This document shows, one piece after another, positions 51,846 to 60,377 of a stretch of DNA of 64,000 bases (its first letter is position 1; every line of letters begins with the position of its first letter). Position numbers and translations under genes: made by a program. The notes under the pieces were generated by a model. The model saw only the letters and a program-made list of their open reading frames with translations, was not told where the DNA came from and did no database searches. Origin of the DNA: Dehalococcoidia bacterium (GTDB lineage: Bacteria; Chloroflexota; Dehalococcoidia; Lucifugimonadales; UBA3495); NCBI GenBank assembly GCA_965220625.1, contig CBDCQN010000003.1, positions 1,994,186 to 2,058,185 of the forward strand. Direction: 5' to 3'.

Positions 51846-52928
51846 CTAGCTGAACTTGAAAACCCTGGTGGCCGCCACCGCCGTCGCCGCCGCCCAGCCG
51901 GCCAAGGCGGCCAGTTGGGGCCAAGCCTCGGCAATCGGGGCTTGGTCCAACCCGACCTCCCGCAAGGCAGAGAGCATTGGGGTCAAGGGCAGGACCTCGG
52001 CGGCGTAGGGCAGCACCCAAGGCAGGGAGGTGGTGGAGAAAAAGGTGCCGGCGAAGAACACCATGGGCAGGGCCACCGCGTTCCCCATGCCCGACGCCGC
52101 AGCGGGACTGCGGGCCCATGCGGACAGAATGAAACCGATGTTCAGGAACACGATGCTTCCCAACGCTGTGATGAGCAACACCCACCCCAGGTTGCCGTGA
52201 AGCCTGCCTCCGAAGACGAACACCCCCACGGCCAGGATGATACCGGCCTGCACGAGAGCCAGCAGCAGGTGGGCCGCGATCTCGCTGGCGAAGAACTTCC
52301 AGATGGGAAGGGGTGTCGCCAGCAGCCGCTTGAGGATCGCCTGGTTGCGGTACGTGGAGATACGCACCGCTATGGAGATTATCGAGTTCGTCATGATGCC
52401 CAGCCCCAACAGGCCGAGCAGCACAGTATCGAAATAGTCGACTTCCGGAACGTCGATGACGTTGGCCGTGGTCAGCCGGGAGGCCTGGACCGGTTGGCCG
52501 TCGGACCACACCTCGGCCACCAGACCGCGCACCGTAGCCTCGACTAATTGGTTGCGGTCGGGGTTGCGGGAAGTGTAGACCAACCCCACCGGATCATGGC
52601 CCGGCTCCCCGACTGCGGCGGCCGTTTCGTCAAACCCCGGCGGAATGACGATCAGATATCCCAGGTCTCCTTCCCGCAGGGCCTCGGCCATGTCCGTCCG
52701 CACGAACTCTTCGACGTCCAGGAATTCGACATCGGCCAGCCGCTCACGGAACACTTGGGCGCGAGACCCGTCCGAGAGGTCGACGACGGCGACGGGAGCG
52801 GGGACCACGCCGTTGAAGTCGATCAGACCGAATACCACCACCAACAGCAGCGGGAAAAAGAGCGCCCAGAAAAGCCCTTGGCGATTGCGCGCCATCATCA
52901 TCAGGTTCGAGCGGGTGAGAGCCAGCAT
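51846..52928 (-). CDS. ABC-2 type transporter permease
   Basis: 360 aa. N-terminal TM helix, periplasmic loop and C-terminal TM bundle. Downstream of the ATPase gene. Confidence 0.8.
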   Translation of the reverse strand: MLALTRSNLMMMARNRQGLFWALFFPLLLVVVFGLIDFNGVVPAPVAVVDLSDGSRAQVFRERLADVEFLDVEEFVRTDMAEALREGDLGYLIVIPPGFDETAAAVGEPGHDPVGLVYTSRNPDRNQLVEATVRGLVAEVWSDGQPVQASRLTTANVIDVPEVDYFDTVLLGLLGLGIMTNSIISIAVRISTYRNQAILKRLLATPLPIWKFFASEIAAHLLLALVQAGIILAVGVFVFGGRLHGNLGWVLLITALGSIVFLNIGFILSAWARSPAAASGMGNAVALPMVFFAGTFFSTTSLPWVLPYAAEVLPLTPMLSALREVGLDQAPIAEAWPQLAALAGWAAATAVAATRVFKFS

Positions 52929-52945
52929 GGGTCAGTCCGTCACCG

Positions 52946-53872
52946 TTAGTCCCGCAGGCCGGCGCCCGTAAGACCCAAGTAGACGTCTTCGAGGGTCACC
53001 GGGGTTATCTCCAGGTGTTCCAGACCGAGGTCAGAGTTGCCTATCTCGCTCAATACGGCGTTGAGACCGCCGGCGCCGTCTTTCAGCCGCAGGACGTAGG
53101 TGGTTGCTTCGCCGGTCTCCATTTGGGTAATGTCCACTCCTAGGGAGGCGAAGCGGGAGGCGTCCAGAGGCCTGGACAAGACCAACTTGACCGAGTAGGC
53201 GGCTTTCACGCCGTGGACCAAATTCTCCACCGAGTCCACCGCCAACAGCCTGCCGCCGTCCATAATGGCGATGCGGTCGCAGAGGGCTTCCGCCTCTTCC
53301 ATGTAGTGGGTGGTGAGCAGCACGGTAACCCCGCTTTCCCGGATGTCGCGCACCAGGTCCCACAGGTTGCGCCTGGCCTGGGGGTCGAGGCCGGTAGTGG
53401 GCTCGTCCAGGATCACCACCTCGGGTGAATTGACCAAGCTTGCCGCCACGGCGAACCGCTGTTTCTGCCCGCCGGACAACTGGCGGTGGTAGCTCTTGGC
53501 CCGGTCGGCCAGCCCCACCTGTTCCAGCAGGGTTCGCGGCGAGACCCGCCGGGGATAGAAGCTGCCGAGGAGGGAGATAGTCTCGGAGAGGGTGAGGTAA
53601 TCGTAATAGGAGGAGGACTGCAGTTGCACCCCGATCCGGGACTTCACCTGCCGGGACCGGGTACGGACTTCCAACCCCAGCACCTCCACCGATCCTTCCG
53701 TAGGGGTCTGCAGGCCTTCGATAATCTCCAGGGTCGTGGTCTTGCCCGCGCCGTTGGGTCCCAGTATTCCGAAAATCTCACCGCGTTCGACGGAGAACGT
53801 GACGCCGTCGACTGCGGTTAGAGACCCGAACCGTTTGACCAAGCTTTCGACTCGGACCGCATGCTCCATCAC
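52946..53872 (-). CDS. ABC transporter ATP-binding protein
   Basis: Walker A GPNGAGKTT, signature LSGGQKQR, Walker B VVILDEPT. Confidence 0.9.
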   Translation of the reverse strand: MMEHAVRVESLVKRFGSLTAVDGVTFSVERGEIFGILGPNGAGKTTTLEIIEGLQTPTEGSVEVLGLEVRTRSRQVKSRIGVQLQSSSYYDYLTLSETISLLGSFYPRRVSPRTLLEQVGLADRAKSYHRQLSGGQKQRFAVAASLVNSPEVVILDEPTTGLDPQARRNLWDLVRDIRESGVTVLLTTHYMEEAEALCDRIAIMDGGRLLAVDSVENLVHGVKAAYSVKLVLSRPLDASRFASLGVDITQMETGEATTYVLRLKDGAGGLNAVLSEIGNSDLGLEHLEITPVTLEDVYLGLTGAGLRD

Positions 53873-53918
53873 GAGGAAAAATCATATCACAACGCGGTAC
53901 GGCCCCGTCGGGCGGGTT

Positions 53919-54064
53919 GCTGTTTAATTTAATGCTTCATTGCGGCCCCGAGCCGGAATCCGGAACGTTTGCTGGTGTCCCCTTCGCCTTGGTTAAGGGG
54001 TTGTGCGCGGCAGGATTCCGGCTGCGGCCGGAAAGACAGGGGATTTTTCCGACGATCAAAAGGC
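53919..54064. repeat. MITE-like element E4 (right half homologous to E3)
   Basis: ggattccggctgcggccggaaagacaggggatttttccgacgatcaaaagg parallels 34765-34815. Left end is gctgtttaattt. Confidence 0.65.
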
Positions 54065-54125
54065 TCTGTCCCTCACTTCTCCCGCCTTGTGTTAATATGA
54101 GCTACAACCTACGGAGGAATGGAAT

Positions 54126-54599
54126 ATGGCAGCGGATGTTGGTCAGGCAGCCCCGGACTTCAACCTTTACGATTTCGACCGTCAGCAGCGCAAGCTGAGC
54201 GACTTCAAGGGCCAGAACGTGGTGCTGGCCTTCTTCCCCGGCGCGTTCACCGGCGTATGCACCACCGAGATGTGCACCTTCCGGGACCGGAACGACGCCC
54301 TGAATTCGCTGAACGCCCAGGTGTTGGGCATCAGCGCCGACCCGCCCTTCGCCCAGAAGGCTTGGGCCGACCAGAACAACCTCAACTTCACCCTGCTCAG
54401 CGACTTCAACCGGGAGGCCATCTCGGCCTACGACGTCGCCCTGCACAACCTGGCCGGTATGGAAGGCTACGTGGCCTGCCAGCGGGCCGTGTTCGTGGTG
54501 GACAAAGAGGGCGTGATCCGCTTCAAGTGGGTCGGCGAAACCCCCCTGAACGAGCCCGACTACGACGAGGTCCAAGCCGAGGTCGGCAAACTGGGCTAA
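54126..54599 (+). CDS. peroxiredoxin (AhpC/TSA, Bcp-like)
   Basis: APDFNL...VVLAFFPGAFTGVCTTE contains the peroxidatic Cys motif. Confidence 0.85.
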   Translation: MAADVGQAAPDFNLYDFDRQQRKLSDFKGQNVVLAFFPGAFTGVCTTEMCTFRDRNDALNSLNAQVLGISADPPFAQKAWADQNNLNFTLLSDFNREAISAYDVALHNLAGMEGYVACQRAVFVVDKEGVIRFKWVGETPLNEPDYDEVQAEVGKLG

Positions 54600-54635
54600 A
54601 GTCCCATTCACCCCGGGAAAAACGAGGAAGAACGA

Positions 54636-54666
54636 GTTGCCCACCTCCAGAACCGAGGTGGGCAAC
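54636..54666. terminator. stem-loop downstream of the peroxiredoxin gene
   Basis: gttgcccacctc cagaacc gaggtgggcaac gives a perfect 12-bp stem followed by tgtcatt. Confidence 0.55.
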
Positions 54667-54724
54667 TGTCATTCCGGCCCTGTTGGGATGCCGGCCTTTC
54701 TTCCGTCACTCCGCCACCCCTTCC

Positions 54725-54914
54725 GTCATTCCGGCGAACGCCGGAATCCACGTCGCCTCTGCGGTGTCTCTTAAAGGGCGCCGTACAGCCGGATATGTTT
54801 GATGGATTGGCGTGGATGGGCTTTGGCTATCCCAGGAGTTGCCCGTAGACTGGAACTGACCTGCTGTCCCTGAGAGTTGGGGTTACGTGGATTCCGGCGT
54901 TCGCCGGAAAGACG
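54725..54914. repeat. inverted pair of 28-nt ggattccggcgWWcgccggaa REPs flanking about 133 nt
   Basis: gtcattccggcgaacgccggaatccacg (54725-52) versus cgtggattccggcgttcgccggaaagacgg (54886-914). The reverse complement matches with one mismatch over 28 nt. Confidence 0.75.
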
Positions 54915-54983
54915 GCATCTCTGCGAAGGTAACGGCACCCCTGGACCCCAACTCCGGGATGACCCGCGTTGTTGCCAAGTTAG

Positions 54984-56477
54984 TCAATCTTGGACCATTA
55001 TCGGGCTGGGCGATAAGCCGGCGGCTATTTCCTCGAGTTGCTCCAGGGCCGCCCGAAGGTCTTCTACAATCTCCTCAGCGATTTCGTCCGGCGGCGGCAG
55101 GCTTGCCGAGTCTTCCATGCTCTCGTCGCGGAGCCAGAAGATGTCGAGGTTGGCCTTGTCGCGCTTGACCAGCTCGTCGTAGGTGAAGCGGCGGAAGCGT
55201 TCCGTCTCCTCGCGTTGCATCCGGTTTTCGGGGTTGTAGCAGGCCACGAAGTCGTCCAGGTCGGCGCGGGTCAGCGGGTTGGTCTTGAGGGTGAAGCGGC
55301 GGTTGGTGCGCAGGTCGTAGATCCACAGCTCCTTGGTCCACGGCGTCTCGCTGGCCGGCTTGCGGTCGAAGAACAGCACGTTGGCCTTGACGCCCTGGGC
55401 GTAGAAGATGCCCGTCGGCAGACGCAGCAGGGTGTGGACGTCGCACTCGGCCAGCAGCCGGCGGCGAACCGTCTCCCCGGCGCCGCCCTCGAACAGCACG
55501 TTGTCCGGCACCACGATGGCCGCCCGCCCGGTGTTCTTCAACAGGGTGCGCACGTGCTGCAGGAAGTTGAGCTGCTTGTTGCTGGTGGCGGCCCAGAAGT
55601 CGGGACGCTCCACCGTGAGCGACTCCCGCTCCGACTCGCCCTCGCTGTTGACGAAGGTCAGGCTGGACTTGCGGCCGAAGGGAGGGTTGGTCAGCACCAT
55701 GTCGTAGTTGACCCCTGGATGGGCCCGCAGGCTGTCGTCCACGGTGATATTGGTCTCGTCGCCGCCGATGCCGTGGAGGTAGAGGTTCATGGCGCAGAGC
55801 CGCGCCGCGCTGTCCACGATCTCCCAGCCGTGCAGGGCGTCCCGCTGGAGCCGCTCCCGCTGGCCCCGGTCCATGGACGGGTGGCGGTCGACGATGTAGT
55901 CGTGGGCGGCCAGCAGAAAGCCGCCGGTGCCGCAGGCCGGGTCGCATAAGGCGTCGTCGGGGCCGGGGCGCATCACGTCCACGATGGCCCGGATCAGCGG
56001 GCGCGGCGTAAAATACTGCCCGGCGCCGGTCTTCACGTCTTGGGCGTTGCGCTCCAGCAGCGACTCGTAGGCGTCGCCCTTCACGTCGGCGTCCATCGAC
56101 AGCCAGTTCTCGCTGTCGATGAGCTCCCGGACCAGCCGGGTCAGCATGGCCGGTTCCTGGATCCGGTTCTGGGCCTTGCGGAAAATTACGCCCAAGGTGC
56201 CGGGCTGACCGCCCAGCGTCTCCAGGGTGCGCCGGTAGTGGGATTCCAACTCGTCGCCGTCCCGGGCCAGCAGGTCGGCCCAGCCGTAGCCGCCGGGGAT
56301 GGGCGGAGGCCGGTAGCCGGGCAGCAGGGTGTAGGGTGGGCGGCTGCGCTCGTGCATCATCTTGAGGAAGATGAGGTAGGTGAGCTGCTCCAGGTAGTCG
56401 CCGTAGGACAGCCCGGCGTCGCGCAGGATGTTGCAGTAGTTCCACAGCTTCTGCCCGATGTTCACCGAGGTCGTCAT
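54984..56477 (-). CDS. hsdM: type I restriction-modification system methyltransferase subunit
   Basis: N-terminal HsdM domain (LWNYCNILRD...), AdoMet motif DPACGTGGFL and catalytic NPPFG. Confidence 0.95.
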   Translation of the reverse strand: MTTSVNIGQKLWNYCNILRDAGLSYGDYLEQLTYLIFLKMMHERSRPPYTLLPGYRPPPIPGGYGWADLLARDGDELESHYRRTLETLGGQPGTLGVIFRKAQNRIQEPAMLTRLVRELIDSENWLSMDADVKGDAYESLLERNAQDVKTGAGQYFTPRPLIRAIVDVMRPGPDDALCDPACGTGGFLLAAHDYIVDRHPSMDRGQRERLQRDALHGWEIVDSAARLCAMNLYLHGIGGDETNITVDDSLRAHPGVNYDMVLTNPPFGRKSSLTFVNSEGESERESLTVERPDFWAATSNKQLNFLQHVRTLLKNTGRAAIVVPDNVLFEGGAGETVRRRLLAECDVHTLLRLPTGIFYAQGVKANVLFFDRKPASETPWTKELWIYDLRTNRRFTLKTNPLTRADLDDFVACYNPENRMQREETERFRRFTYDELVKRDKANLDIFWLRDESMEDSASLPPPDEIAEEIVEDLRAALEQLEEIAAGLSPSPIMVQD

Positions 56478-56485
56478 GCTGTTGC

Positions 56486-57211
56486 CTACTGAGCGTCGAA
56501 AATCAGGGCGCGGACATCGAACACGAACCCCGGCAGTTCGGGCGCGCCGGTCAACTGCTCCGGGTCGTCCAAGGTGATGGGTTCGGCGCCGGGGCGGTAG
56601 ATATGCGCCTGCCGCCGGAAGGGATCAATGAGCCAGCCCAGCCGCCCGCCGTGGGCGATATATTCTTCCATCTTGCGCCGGGCCGCCGACGGACGGTCAT
56701 TGCGCGACATCACCTCCACCACGAAGTGAGGGCAGAAACGCAGCAGCCATGTCCCGCCCGAAGCCGCGTAGTCCGCCAGTTGTTCCGGGGACAGCCAGGC
56801 CGCGTCGGGAGCGTAGCGCGCACCGTTGGGCAGTTCGACGCCCAGCCGCGAGCCGTGGACCTCACCACCATGCTCCCGCGCCCAGACGTACAATTCCGCG
56901 CCGAATGTCAACTCAAATCGCGAACCCAATATGCCCGGCATAGGCGATACCAGCAACCTTCCCTCTGCATCCAACTCCAGCTTGCCCGCCATTGTCCTGT
57001 TGGCCTGGTTGAACTGGACCAGCCATTCGTTAAGCCGTTCGCCAACGTAGCCGGCCTCGGCCAATACTTCCAGGACCGGCCCGAACTCCAGGCAGATGGG
57101 CAGGGACAGGGGGTCCCGCTCAAGCCGGGCCTCATCGGATGCCATTGCCGGCCCATGTATATCGGGTTTGGCAACCATTTCGCTCACCGTCCTTACCGGC
57201 CAGTATGCCAC
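56486..57211 (-). CDS. Uma2 family (DUF820) PD-(D/E)XK endonuclease-like protein embedded between hsdS and hsdM
   Basis: LLVSPMPG..., YAPDAAWL, PHFVVEVMSRND, GWLIDPFRRQAHIYRPG and LPGFVFDV. Lies 3 nt after the hsdS stop and 8 nt before the hsdM start. Confidence 0.75.
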   Translation of the reverse strand: MAYWPVRTVSEMVAKPDIHGPAMASDEARLERDPLSLPICLEFGPVLEVLAEAGYVGERLNEWLVQFNQANRTMAGKLELDAEGRLLVSPMPGILGSRFELTFGAELYVWAREHGGEVHGSRLGVELPNGARYAPDAAWLSPEQLADYAASGGTWLLRFCPHFVVEVMSRNDRPSAARRKMEEYIAHGGRLGWLIDPFRRQAHIYRPGAEPITLDDPEQLTGAPELPGFVFDVRALIFDAQ

Positions 57212-57214
57212 AAA

Positions 57215-58738
57215 TCACCGCGTCACCTTCCTCTTGCCGCGCCTCCTGGGCTTGCTCTTGACGGTGGCCAACGCCTGCGCTTCCGCCTCGCGCTCGGCCC
57301 TGATTCGCTCCAGGAGCGCGGACGCCGGCTCGTCGCCGGGGTCCTGAGGGACGAGCTTGCCGGAGAACGCCTGCTTGAGGATGCTTTGGCGCAGCCGCTC
57401 CGCCCGCGCCAGGCTGGCCTCCACGGCGGCCTCCGCCTGCTGGACGACCGACAGCCGCCGCTCCACCTCCGCCACAATGCGGCGCTGCTCAGCCAACGGC
57501 GGGAGGGGGATGGGCATCGTGTGAATCAGCGACAAGCTGACGTTATTCTGCCCCGCTGACGATGCCGCATTCTGTTCGATGAAAGCCCTTCCCAACTGAC
57601 TCGTTGAGTATATGTGAAACCACTTCGGTATGAACTCGGCTTCCATCAATCGAAACCGGAGAAGGTACGATGCGAAACCGTGGTACGGCTTCAAATCTGA
57701 ATGCACCACCGCTGTCTTGCCGACGAGTCGGACGCTGCCGTTAGTCCGGCACATGAGGACATCCCCTTTGGCGAGGGACGTTTCAGAGTCAATCTTGACA
57801 GGCTGGATGGCGTACTTGATGTCCGCAAGGTCGATCTCACCAGCGACTATGTTCGGGATACGAAGTACGGGCACCCCAGTTGCTTCGTAACTGCACTTTA
57901 CGGATGTGCCGTATTCGCTTCGGGCAAGTAGCTGCTCAACCACCGCCCACGCCCACCCCTCCGGCAATTCCGGCAGGGTGGAGGTGGCCGGTGCGGAGGG
58001 ATCCTTGTACTGACCCCGCCGCTTCTCCTGGGACTCCCAGCGGGCGCGGCGCTCGGCCAGGATGCGCTCCAGCAGGACGCCGGCGGGTTCGTAGTCGCGG
58101 TCCTCGGAGCGGGCCAGAGCGGCCTCGGTGGGGACCAGCCGGCCCTCGCAGGCGGCCTTGAGGACGCTGGCCCGGTAGCGCTTCAGGTTGGCCCGCGCCC
58201 GCCGCAGCGCGGCAACGGAGGCGTCCAGCCGCGTGAACTGCGTTTCGATTTCGGCGACGATGCGGTGTTGCTCGGCGAGGGGTGGAACGGGAAATGGGTA
58301 GTTCGAAAAGGTGTTTCCTCTAACTCTCATCAGAGAGCCACCAACTCCTGATGCGTTGGCCGAAAGAAAATCTCTAAAGGCATCTAGCCGCATGTAGTAC
58401 GCAAGAAAATGAGAAAATACATCATCTACTGGAGAAAATCCAAGCCATTCAGTTGACGCTATCTTTTGGTGGTCCGAATACTCACCAACCACCCAGGTGC
58501 GATTTATTCGAGGGTTAATTTTGCAAAGGAGAACAGTATCGTTGTCAACAGTTTGTTTGCTTGAACCGATTTCACCCCCAGATACAATTTCGGGCCTTCC
58601 TTCTGAGAAACTGGGAACGCTATAAAGCTCAAATGTCTGTCGAGGCGTTTTGCTAGGGGTGATGGACTTGGATTTGTCCCGGCGAACATAGCCGAGAGTA
58701 GTAATCGCCCAGCCTGCGGGGAAGTCTGCCTGGGTCAT
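57215..58738 (-). CDS. hsdS: type I restriction-modification specificity subunit (two TRDs)
   Basis: Two conserved spacers, LAEQHRIVAEIETQFTRLDA and LAEQRRIVAEVERRLSVV, separate two variable target-recognition domains. Confidence 0.9.
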   Translation of the reverse strand: MTQADFPAGWAITTLGYVRRDKSKSITPSKTPRQTFELYSVPSFSEGRPEIVSGGEIGSSKQTVDNDTVLLCKINPRINRTWVVGEYSDHQKIASTEWLGFSPVDDVFSHFLAYYMRLDAFRDFLSANASGVGGSLMRVRGNTFSNYPFPVPPLAEQHRIVAEIETQFTRLDASVAALRRARANLKRYRASVLKAACEGRLVPTEAALARSEDRDYEPAGVLLERILAERRARWESQEKRRGQYKDPSAPATSTLPELPEGWAWAVVEQLLARSEYGTSVKCSYEATGVPVLRIPNIVAGEIDLADIKYAIQPVKIDSETSLAKGDVLMCRTNGSVRLVGKTAVVHSDLKPYHGFASYLLRFRLMEAEFIPKWFHIYSTSQLGRAFIEQNAASSAGQNNVSLSLIHTMPIPLPPLAEQRRIVAEVERRLSVVQQAEAAVEASLARAERLRQSILKQAFSGKLVPQDPGDEPASALLERIRAEREAEAQALATVKSKPRRRGKRKVTR

Positions 58739-58986
58739 CCGCCGGTCTCAATGGCGACCTGTTGCGACACATCGAGGGCCGGGATTTCCACCTCCACGGC
58801 GGAGTAGTTGGGCTGAGGGACGGTATCGCCGTCCTCCAGCATCCCTTCGACGTGGAAGTTGGCGGCTTCTTCAATAAGGTTACGGGTTTCCTCGAAGGTG
58901 TCGGCGGCGGCTATGCAGCCGGGCAGGTCGGGCAGGTGGGCCGAATAGCCGTTGCCGGTCTTGCAAATTATTGCCACGTATTTCAT
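58735..58986 (-). CDS. HicB-like (UPF0150, RNase H-fold) antitoxin-type protein without DNA-binding domain
   Basis: MKYVAIICKTGNGYSAHLPDLPGCIAAADTFEE. The stop overlaps the hsdS start (ATGA at 58735-58738). Start trimmed to ATG 58986. Confidence 0.7.
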   Translation of the reverse strand: MKYVAIICKTGNGYSAHLPDLPGCIAAADTFEETRNLIEEAANFHVEGMLEDGDTVPQPNYSAVEVEIPALDVSQQVAIETGG

Positions 58987-59407
58987 CGGTAATCCCTCGT
59001 CCATAGAACGCCGCCGCGCCGCGCTCAGGTAGCTGCGGACGCCAACTGCGCAGCCGCGTTGAAGGCAGTTTCCGAAGGGTCTGATTGTGCGGGTCCACCT
59101 CAACTCCGATTGATTCCAGAGCGGTTACTCCCAGCAGCGGTCCCGCGTCCGGCGGGCCGCAGACGATGGTTGCACCAGCGATTTCTCCCATAAACTCGAT
59201 ATCGCCGGTGGTGACATCCATTCTGATTTCGCTGCCGTCCGCCAAGCCGTATACCCGCTGGCCTTTAGGGAACAGGCCAAGGGCGTCAAGGTGTTGCTTC
59301 GGCACGAGGCAGTCTACGGCTCCGGTATCCACCAGGAACAGACCTTCCCAAGTCCGTTCCGGTTCGGCCGGGTTGCGTATAGTGGCCGTTACGTGTGTGA
59401 TACCCAT
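58880..59407 (-). CDS. retropepsin-like (clan AA) aspartic protease
   Basis: LFLVDTGAVDCLV (D-T-G active site) and LLGVTALESIGVEVD. An Arg-rich 3' tail overlaps the next gene by 107 nt. Confidence 0.65.
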   Translation of the reverse strand: MGITHVTATIRNPAEPERTWEGLFLVDTGAVDCLVPKQHLDALGLFPKGQRVYGLADGSEIRMDVTTGDIEFMGEIAGATIVCGPPDAGPLLGVTALESIGVEVDPHNQTLRKLPSTRLRSWRPQLPERGAAAFYGRGITDEIRGNNLQDRQRLFGPPARPARLHSRRRHLRGNP

Positions 59408-59432
59408 TTCAACTCCCGAATAATTCTCCTGC

Positions 59433-59666
59433 TCAGGATTTAGCCAGAAGCTCCATCAGCAGCCGGTTGCGCTCAACGCTGGCATAGTAGCAGGCCATAA
59501 CTTCGGGGCGCACATTTTCCGGGAGCTTGCTCTTGAAGTAATCCCACATGGCCTCTTCCAAGACTTCCTCGGAATCCCGGCCCTCACGCCGGGCAATCTC
59601 GCGCATCGCGGCCAGCAGCTCCGGTACAGCTTGGCCGGTAAACTTTTCCCGTGCGGCGACCATCAC
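59433..59666 (-). CDS. ribbon-helix-helix-like small protein (antitoxin-type)
   Basis: FTGQAVPELLAAMREIARREGRDSEEVLEEAMWDYF fits a strand-helix-helix (CopG/RHH) pattern. Confidence 0.45.
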   Translation of the reverse strand: MMVAAREKFTGQAVPELLAAMREIARREGRDSEEVLEEAMWDYFKSKLPENVRPEVMACYYASVERNRLLMELLAKS

Positions 59667-59704
59667 ATATCTCCTGTCAATTATCTACCCGTCTCAACGG
59701 CAAT

Positions 59705-59932
59705 TTACTCGCTCGTGATGGGGCGCTGGACTTCCACCTCGATGGCTGTGCTCACGGGTTCCGGGATGGCCTCTCCATGCTCGGTCATCAACTCAACGTG
59801 GTCCACGACCGCCCCAGTGATGAGCGAAACAACTTCCTCCCTGGTCTCCCCCGCGGCGACGCAGCCCGGCAGGTCGGGGATATAGGCGCCGTAGCTGGTG
59901 GGTCCCCTTTCGATGATGACGGTGTATTTCAT
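59705..59932 (-). CDS. HicB-like (UPF0150) antitoxin-type protein, N-domain only
   Basis: MKYTVIIERGPTSYGAYIPDLPGCVAAGETREE. Paralog of 58735-58986. Confidence 0.7.
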   Translation of the reverse strand: MKYTVIIERGPTSYGAYIPDLPGCVAAGETREEVVSLITGAVVDHVELMTEHGEAIPEPVSTAIEVEVQRPITSE

Positions 59933-59944
59933 CGGGTACTTCTT

Positions 59945-60125
59945 ATCTAAGGAACCTCTGAATAAGCCAGCGACATGGCTGCGAAAGCCGTGAATCCGGA
60001 GGGTAGATTAGGGAACTCAGCTATGCAATGAGCGCCGGCACCCCCATCCTAACCTTCCCCCGCGACGGGGTAAGGGTCTTGTTCAGAGGTTTTCTAATCT
60101 ACCCCCGCCTGCGGGAAGGTCTTGT
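59945..60125. repeat. repeat-dense spacer with interleaved inverted repeats and a GEG/PSP-type hairpin
   Basis: The reverse complement of aacctctgaa (59953-62) matches ttcagaggtt (60082-91). ggtagattag (59999-) pairs with ctaatctacc (60094-). ggtcttgtt is duplicated. Confidence 0.55.
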
Positions 60126-60129
60126 TGTA

Positions 60130-60375
60130 TCACCTGCTGAACAATTCCCGCATCAACTCGTCTTGTCCAATCTCCAGATATACAGAAACTTGCCCAATAA
60201 TTTCTTCCAATGTGCCAACTCTAACAGGGTTATGACGCGGAACAGAGACATAATGTTCATAGCCCATAATGGTTGAGACCAGTCTCATGTGGCTACCCCT
60301 TTGCCGGGTAAGGTTGTAGCTGTATTTCCGGCGTAGCAGGGTAACAAGCTCCATACCGGATAGATTCCGAGGCAT
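60130..60375 (-). CDS. hicA: HicA family mRNA interferase toxin
   Basis: LSGMELVTLLRRKYSYNLTRQRGSHMRLV...VSVPRHNPVRVGTLEEII. ATG 60375 lies 2 nt after the upstream stop. Confidence 0.8.
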   Translation of the reverse strand: MPRNLSGMELVTLLRRKYSYNLTRQRGSHMRLVSTIMGYEHYVSVPRHNPVRVGTLEEIIGQVSVYLEIGQDELMRELFSR

Positions 60376-60377
60376 TC

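Noticed and set aside
55075-56445. 456-aa same-strand alternative-frame ORF and a 303-aa opposite-strand ORF (55038-55949) inside hsdM
   Set aside because: hsdM carries unambiguous methyltransferase motifs (NPPFG, DPACGTGG). The alternatives are Arg/Pro/Gly-rich nonsense.
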